Below, piece after piece: positions 60,501 through 64,000 of a stretch of DNA of 64,000 nt (position 1 is the first letter of the stretch; every line of letters begins with the position of its first letter). The stretch covers positions 18,290,001-18,354,000 of the forward strand of contig CATNEN010000038.1 in NCBI GenBank assembly GCA_950097015.1, given 5' to 3'. The notes below the pieces were generated by a model. The model saw only the letters and a list, made by a program, of their open reading frames with translations. It was not told the origin of the DNA and searched no databases. The stretch is from Macrostomum hystrix (taxonomy: Eukaryota > Animalia > Platyhelminthes). Made by a program: the position numbers and the translations under genes.

Positions 60501-61846
60501 AAAGTATAACAATGCGAGGGAGAGAGTAAAAAGAGTGACTAAAAAAGAGTGACAGAGTGTCTGAGTGACTGAGAGAAAGTGACAGACTGACTTAAAGAGA
60601 GTGACTAATTGACTGAAAGAGAGTGACAGAGTGACAGGAAGGGAGTGACAGAGTGACAGGAAGGGAGTGACAGAGTGACTGAAAGAGAGTGACAGAGTGA
60701 CAAAAGGGAGTGACAGAGTGACAGGAAGGGAGTGACAGAGTGACTGAAAGAGAGTGAGTGAGTGACAGGAAAGGAGTGACAGAGTGACAGGAAAGGAGTG
60801 ACAGAGTGACTGAAAGAGAGTGACAGAGTGACTGAAAGAGAGTGACAGAGTGACTGAAAGAGAGTGACAGAGTGACAGGAAGGGAGTGACAGTGTGAATG
60901 AAAGAGAGTGACAGTGTGAATGAAAGAGAGTGAAAGAGTGACAGGAGGGAGTGACAGAGTGACTGAAAGAGAGTGACAGAGTGACATGAATGGAGTGTGA
61001 GTGTGTAGGGATTGTGTATCTGAGTGAAGGAGCTAGATTGTAAAGCAGAACGGCAAAACAAGAAAGACATATAATTAAATATAATTAGATACTTAAGCAA
61101 GTCACAAAGAACTTAAAAGTAGGAATAAATTACCATTGAGTTTTCTGATGCCAATCACGTTCGATAAGGTTGGCCGTATGGATAACAACACGAAGCCCGT
61201 CAGCGTAGCGAAGTAGCATCATCTTGCTGTGGTGGGCGTCCGGGTGTATAAAAGAGCTTGCAGATCTTCCACCCAACTCGTTAAATTTTCCCCAGTCAAT
61301 CTGAATCTTACCATAGACAATCTGAATCTTACAATTGACAATCTGAATCTTACAATTGACAATCTGAATCTTACCATTGACAATCTGAATCTTACCATAG
61401 ACAATCTGAATCTTACCATAGACAATCTGAATCTTACCATAGACAATCTGAATCTTACCATAGACAATCTGAATCTTACCATAGACAATCTAAGTCTTAC
61501 CATAGACAATCTGAATCTTACCATAGACAGTCTGAATCTTCCCATAGTCAATCAGAATCTTACCATAGACAGTCTGAATTTTCCCTTAGTCAATTAAATC
61601 GCAGATTATACAATCAATAGTTCCTCAAGCCAATGAAATATTTTCATAATCTACCAAATATTTCCCCAATCTACCGAATCACTCTCAAGTCCACCAAATC
61701 TTCCCCGTTCCTACCTGTGATGCGTCCCGTAGGGCATGTCCAGGCGTGCCTGCACCAGGTTCACCTGCTCGTATCGCATTGCTTCGACGTCCAGGTCAGC
61801 CTTCGAAGCGCCCTGGTTGCCGTGCACCAGGGTGATTGGCGCCGAG
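48582..61846 (-). CDS. TDP1: Tyrosyl-DNA phosphodiesterase 1, 3' ten exons (5' exons not found in window)
   Basis: Exons 61846-61715, 61226-61134, 59784-59626, 58398-58320, 55482-55294, 52164-52049, 50502-50389, 50317-50215, 49729-49639 and 48667-48582, all GT-AG and phase-matched. Translation contains [65 protein letters not shown] and PDTHGNIW. Both catalytic HxK motifs are intact. Confidence 0.96.
48765..49117. mobile_element. hAT (Charlie-like) MITE in the last TDP1 intron
   Basis: TIRs CAGAGGTCGGCAAAC / GTTTGCCTACCCCTG, subterminal GGCCCG motifs and a perfect 8-bp TSD TTTTAGCC (48757-48764, 49118-49125). Confidence 0.92.
49374..49554. repeat. Perfect 24-bp tandem repeat (ATCAATATGAAGGCTACCGGATAT)
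   Basis: About 7.5 identical copies in a TDP1 intron. Confidence 0.95.
49850..50192. repeat. 37-bp minisatellite (CATGGGATAGACTAGCAATCCATTCTATTCCTTCACC)
   Basis: About 9 copies. Reverse complement of the array at 56530-57570. Confidence 0.9.
50660..51850. repeat. 24-bp minisatellite (AGCTAATCCCTCCAGTATTCCCGT)
   Basis: About 49 copies in a TDP1 intron. Confidence 0.95.
52230..52500. repeat. 21-bp minisatellite (TTTCTCCCACAATCTACCCCA)
   Basis: About 13 copies. Confidence 0.9.
52666..52921 (+). mobile_element. SINE family A, 5'-truncated copy with tail
   Basis: Matches the body at ~940-1117 and the tail of 41225-41310. Confidence 0.85.
53574..54293. repeat. ~32-bp G-rich minisatellite (GGGGAGGAGGGGTGGGGCAGTTAACAGATTCC)
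   Basis: About 22 copies. Confidence 0.95.
55500..56140. repeat. ~44-46-bp purine-rich minisatellite abutting a TDP1 acceptor
   Basis: GAGGATGCGGTGGAGTAGACAGCGGAAGAGAGAGAGGACGGACT units. Confidence 0.92.
56530..57570. repeat. 37-bp minisatellite (TAATCTATCTCATGGATGAAGGAATAGAATGGATTGC)
   Basis: About 28 copies. Inverted relative of the array at 49850-50192. Confidence 0.95.
58387..59618. repeat. 31-bp minisatellite spanning a TDP1 intron/exon junction
   Basis: About 39 copies of ATGAGAAACACTGTGCAATGAGGCTGTGACC. Confidence 0.96.
60530..60990. repeat. GAGTGACA-based short-unit repeat
   Basis: Mixed GAGTGACA / GAGTGACTGAAAGA / GAGTGACAGGAAGG units. Confidence 0.9.
61297..61590. repeat. 21-bp minisatellite (AATCTGAATCTTACCATAGAC)
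   Basis: About 14 copies. Confidence 0.92.
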
Positions 61847-61904
61847 CTGGGTGAGGAAAATTATTATTTATTTATTTATATACATTCGCTATAAGCTAGA
61901 AGGC

Positions 61905-62726
61905 ACTGATGAAAGAGTTCATGAGAACTGGTGACAGAGGGCATGAGAACTGGTGACAGAGGGCATGAGAACTGGTGACAGAGGGCATGAGAACTGGTGA
62001 CAGAGGACATGAGAACTGGTGACAGAGGGCATGAGAACTGGTGACAGAGGGCATGAGAACTGGTGACAGAGGGCATGAGAACTGGTGACAGAGGGCATGA
62101 GAACTGGTGACAGAGGGCATGAGAACTGGTGACAGAGGACATGAGAACTGGTGACAGAGGGCATGAGAACTGGTGACAGAGGGCATGAGAACTGGTGACA
62201 GAGGGCATGAGAACTGGTGACAGAGGGCATGAGAACTGGTGACAGAGGGCATGAGAACTGGTGACAGAGGGCATGAGAACTGGTGACAGAGGGCATGAGA
62301 ACTGGTGACAGAGGGCATGAGAACTGGTGACAGAGGGCATGAGAACTGGTGACAGAGGACATGAGAACTGGTGACAGAGGACATGAGAACTGGTGACAGA
62401 GGGCATGAGAACTGGTAACAGAGGACATGAGAACTGGTGACAGAGTTCATGAGAACTGGTGATCGATAGAGGGCATGAGAACTGGTAACAGAGGACATGA
62501 GAACTGGTGACAGAGTTCATGAGAACTGGTGATCGATAGAGGGCATGAGAACTGGTGACAGATTACATGAGAACTGGTGACAGATTACATGAGAACTGGT
62601 GACAGAGGGCATGAGAACTGGTGACAGAGGACTTGAGAACTGGTGACAGAGGACATGAGAACTGGTGACAGAGGACTTGAGAACTGGTGACAGAGGACAT
62701 GAGAACTGGTGACAGAGGACTTGAGA
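61905..62726. repeat. 22-bp minisatellite (ATGAGAACTGGTGACAGAGGGC)
   Basis: About 37 copies. Confidence 0.95.
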
Positions 62727-63609
62727 TCACGTTACTGTACATCATGCGCTAAGTACAATATCAGCTTTTTAATAATAATAGACTAAATCTGGTGCTTGCT
62801 AGACCATAGGAGGGAAAAGTGACAAAAGGTAAGTAAATTAGAAGTGCTTTTTAATTATCATTCCATCAAGCGCATTCTCTATATTCATCAACGCTCTGTA
62901 AGCCTGCTCAGAAAGCTATAGTTTGAGAACATCTCTTGCAAGCAGATAAGGTTTTGATACGTCTTCTGTACCCTAAAAATGATTTCAGGCGAGCATCGTA
63001 AGAACGCTTCGAAGCAAATCATTTGGAAAAAAACCCTAGAAGACAAGGGAGAGACAGAGACAGGGACTATTTGAATAATTTTTTCTCCTCTTTCTAAGGT
63101 CTGGAAATTTTTTTTAAACCCAAGAGAGTCTCAAACAGCGGCTTTGGCACGTTCAAAGTGTTTGCAGAGTTTGCAGGTCTATCAGCTTTGGGTAGATTGG
63201 GTAGAAAATAAATTGTTTCTACAGCTGAATGTGAATGGCACTTTAATCTCAGGGACTGTGGACGCTCGCGACGGTAACGCACTTACCTAAACTATATGTA
63301 CTGCGAGGATCTTCGGCCTTCGATAAAATGTTCTTCATAGTGTCCAGGGTCTACGACTTATTTTAAAGCCGATTAAACTAAACGATGTACCACCTAGTAA
63401 ATCGGACATTAGGAAGATTAGGAGCCACTACGTACCTTTTCCTTGAACAAAGAAGACGAAGAACACAGAAGGACGGGCAGATGAATTAAGAAAAAAGAAG
63501 ATTAAGCTAAAGTGGCAAGGGCCTAAACGGGAGGGTACAGGATAGGGCAAGGACCTGCAAACTTCGGTCCGGCTCGGAGCTAAAATTGAAACCAAGCCAA
63601 CCTCCATAT

Positions 63610-64000
63610 CATGTCTCATCTCTCTTTTGTCCCATCTCCCCCGTGTCTCATCTCTCTCACGTGTCTCATCTTTCCTGTGTCTCATCTCTCTCGTATCTCA
63701 TCTTTCCTGTGTCCCATCTCCCCCGTGTCTCATCTCTCTCACGTGTCTCATCTTTCCTGTGTCTCATCTCTCTCGTATCTCATCTTTCCTGTGTCCCATC
63801 TCCACCGTGTCTCATCTCTCTCACGTGTCTCATCTTTCCTGTGTCTCATCTCTCTCGTATCTCATCTTTCCTGTGTCTCATCTCTCTCTTGTCCCATCTC
63901 TCCCGTGTCTCATCTTTCCTGTGTCTCATCTCTCTCTTGTCCCATCTCCCCCGTGTCTCATCTCTCTCTTGTCCCATCTCGCCCGTGTCTCATCTCTCCG
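63610..64000. repeat. ~16-18-bp pyrimidine-rich satellite (GTGTCTCATCTCTCTC), running off the window end
   Basis: Tandem variants; same family as the interior of the hAT MITE at 48860-49040. Confidence 0.9.

Noticed and set aside
8986-62726. CRISPR-like appearance of the regular arrays
   Set aside because: Units are contiguous with no unique spacers, there are no cas genes, and the context is eukaryotic.
63287-63350. Upstream coding exon of TDP1
   Set aside because: No frame resembles the expected QFNY..WL..QYP segment, and the frame needed to join exon 61846 contains a stop.

Overview
Eukaryotic (invertebrate) genomic DNA with GT-AG introns, GC-rich exons, CAG-rich coding tracts and very dense intronic minisatellites. 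This style resembles free-living flatworms such as Macrostomum, but that is inference only. Spliced gene models built by hand, with phase-consistent junctions, give seven host genes: (1) a MUC13-like transmembrane mucin (PTS-EGF-SEA-EGF-EGF-TM, +); (2) an atypical BIR+UBA inhibitor-of-apoptosis-like gene (-); (3) an A20/AN1 zinc-finger gene (ZFAND5/6-like, -); (4) an intronless polyQ/polyA orphan ORF (+); (5) an intronless M28B (GCPII/NAALADase-like) peptidase (+); (6) a two-exon class A GPCR (+); (7) the last ten exons of TDP1 (-), which the ORF track largely misses. Mobile DNA comprises two DD34D mariners, two long-TIR Tc1/IS630-like elements, a hAT MITE with a perfect 8-bp TSD, two tRNA-SINE families, and probable Crypton, BEL/Pao and solo-LTR relics. 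Highlights: (a) a mariner split by a 5'-truncated RT-RNase H LINE (12-bp TSD), creating an in-frame 717-aa transposase-DBD/RT/RNase H chimera; (b) a second LINE-in-transposase insertion (11-bp TSD); (c) a TDP1 intron made almost entirely of ~39 tandem copies of its own 3' splice junction; (d) an inverted satellite pair bracketing a 522-nt in-frame block of TDP1 exons, a circRNA/exon-skipping architecture; (e) a candidate recursive AG|GT splice site. Most long repeat ORFs in the supplied track are artefacts of tandem repeats.
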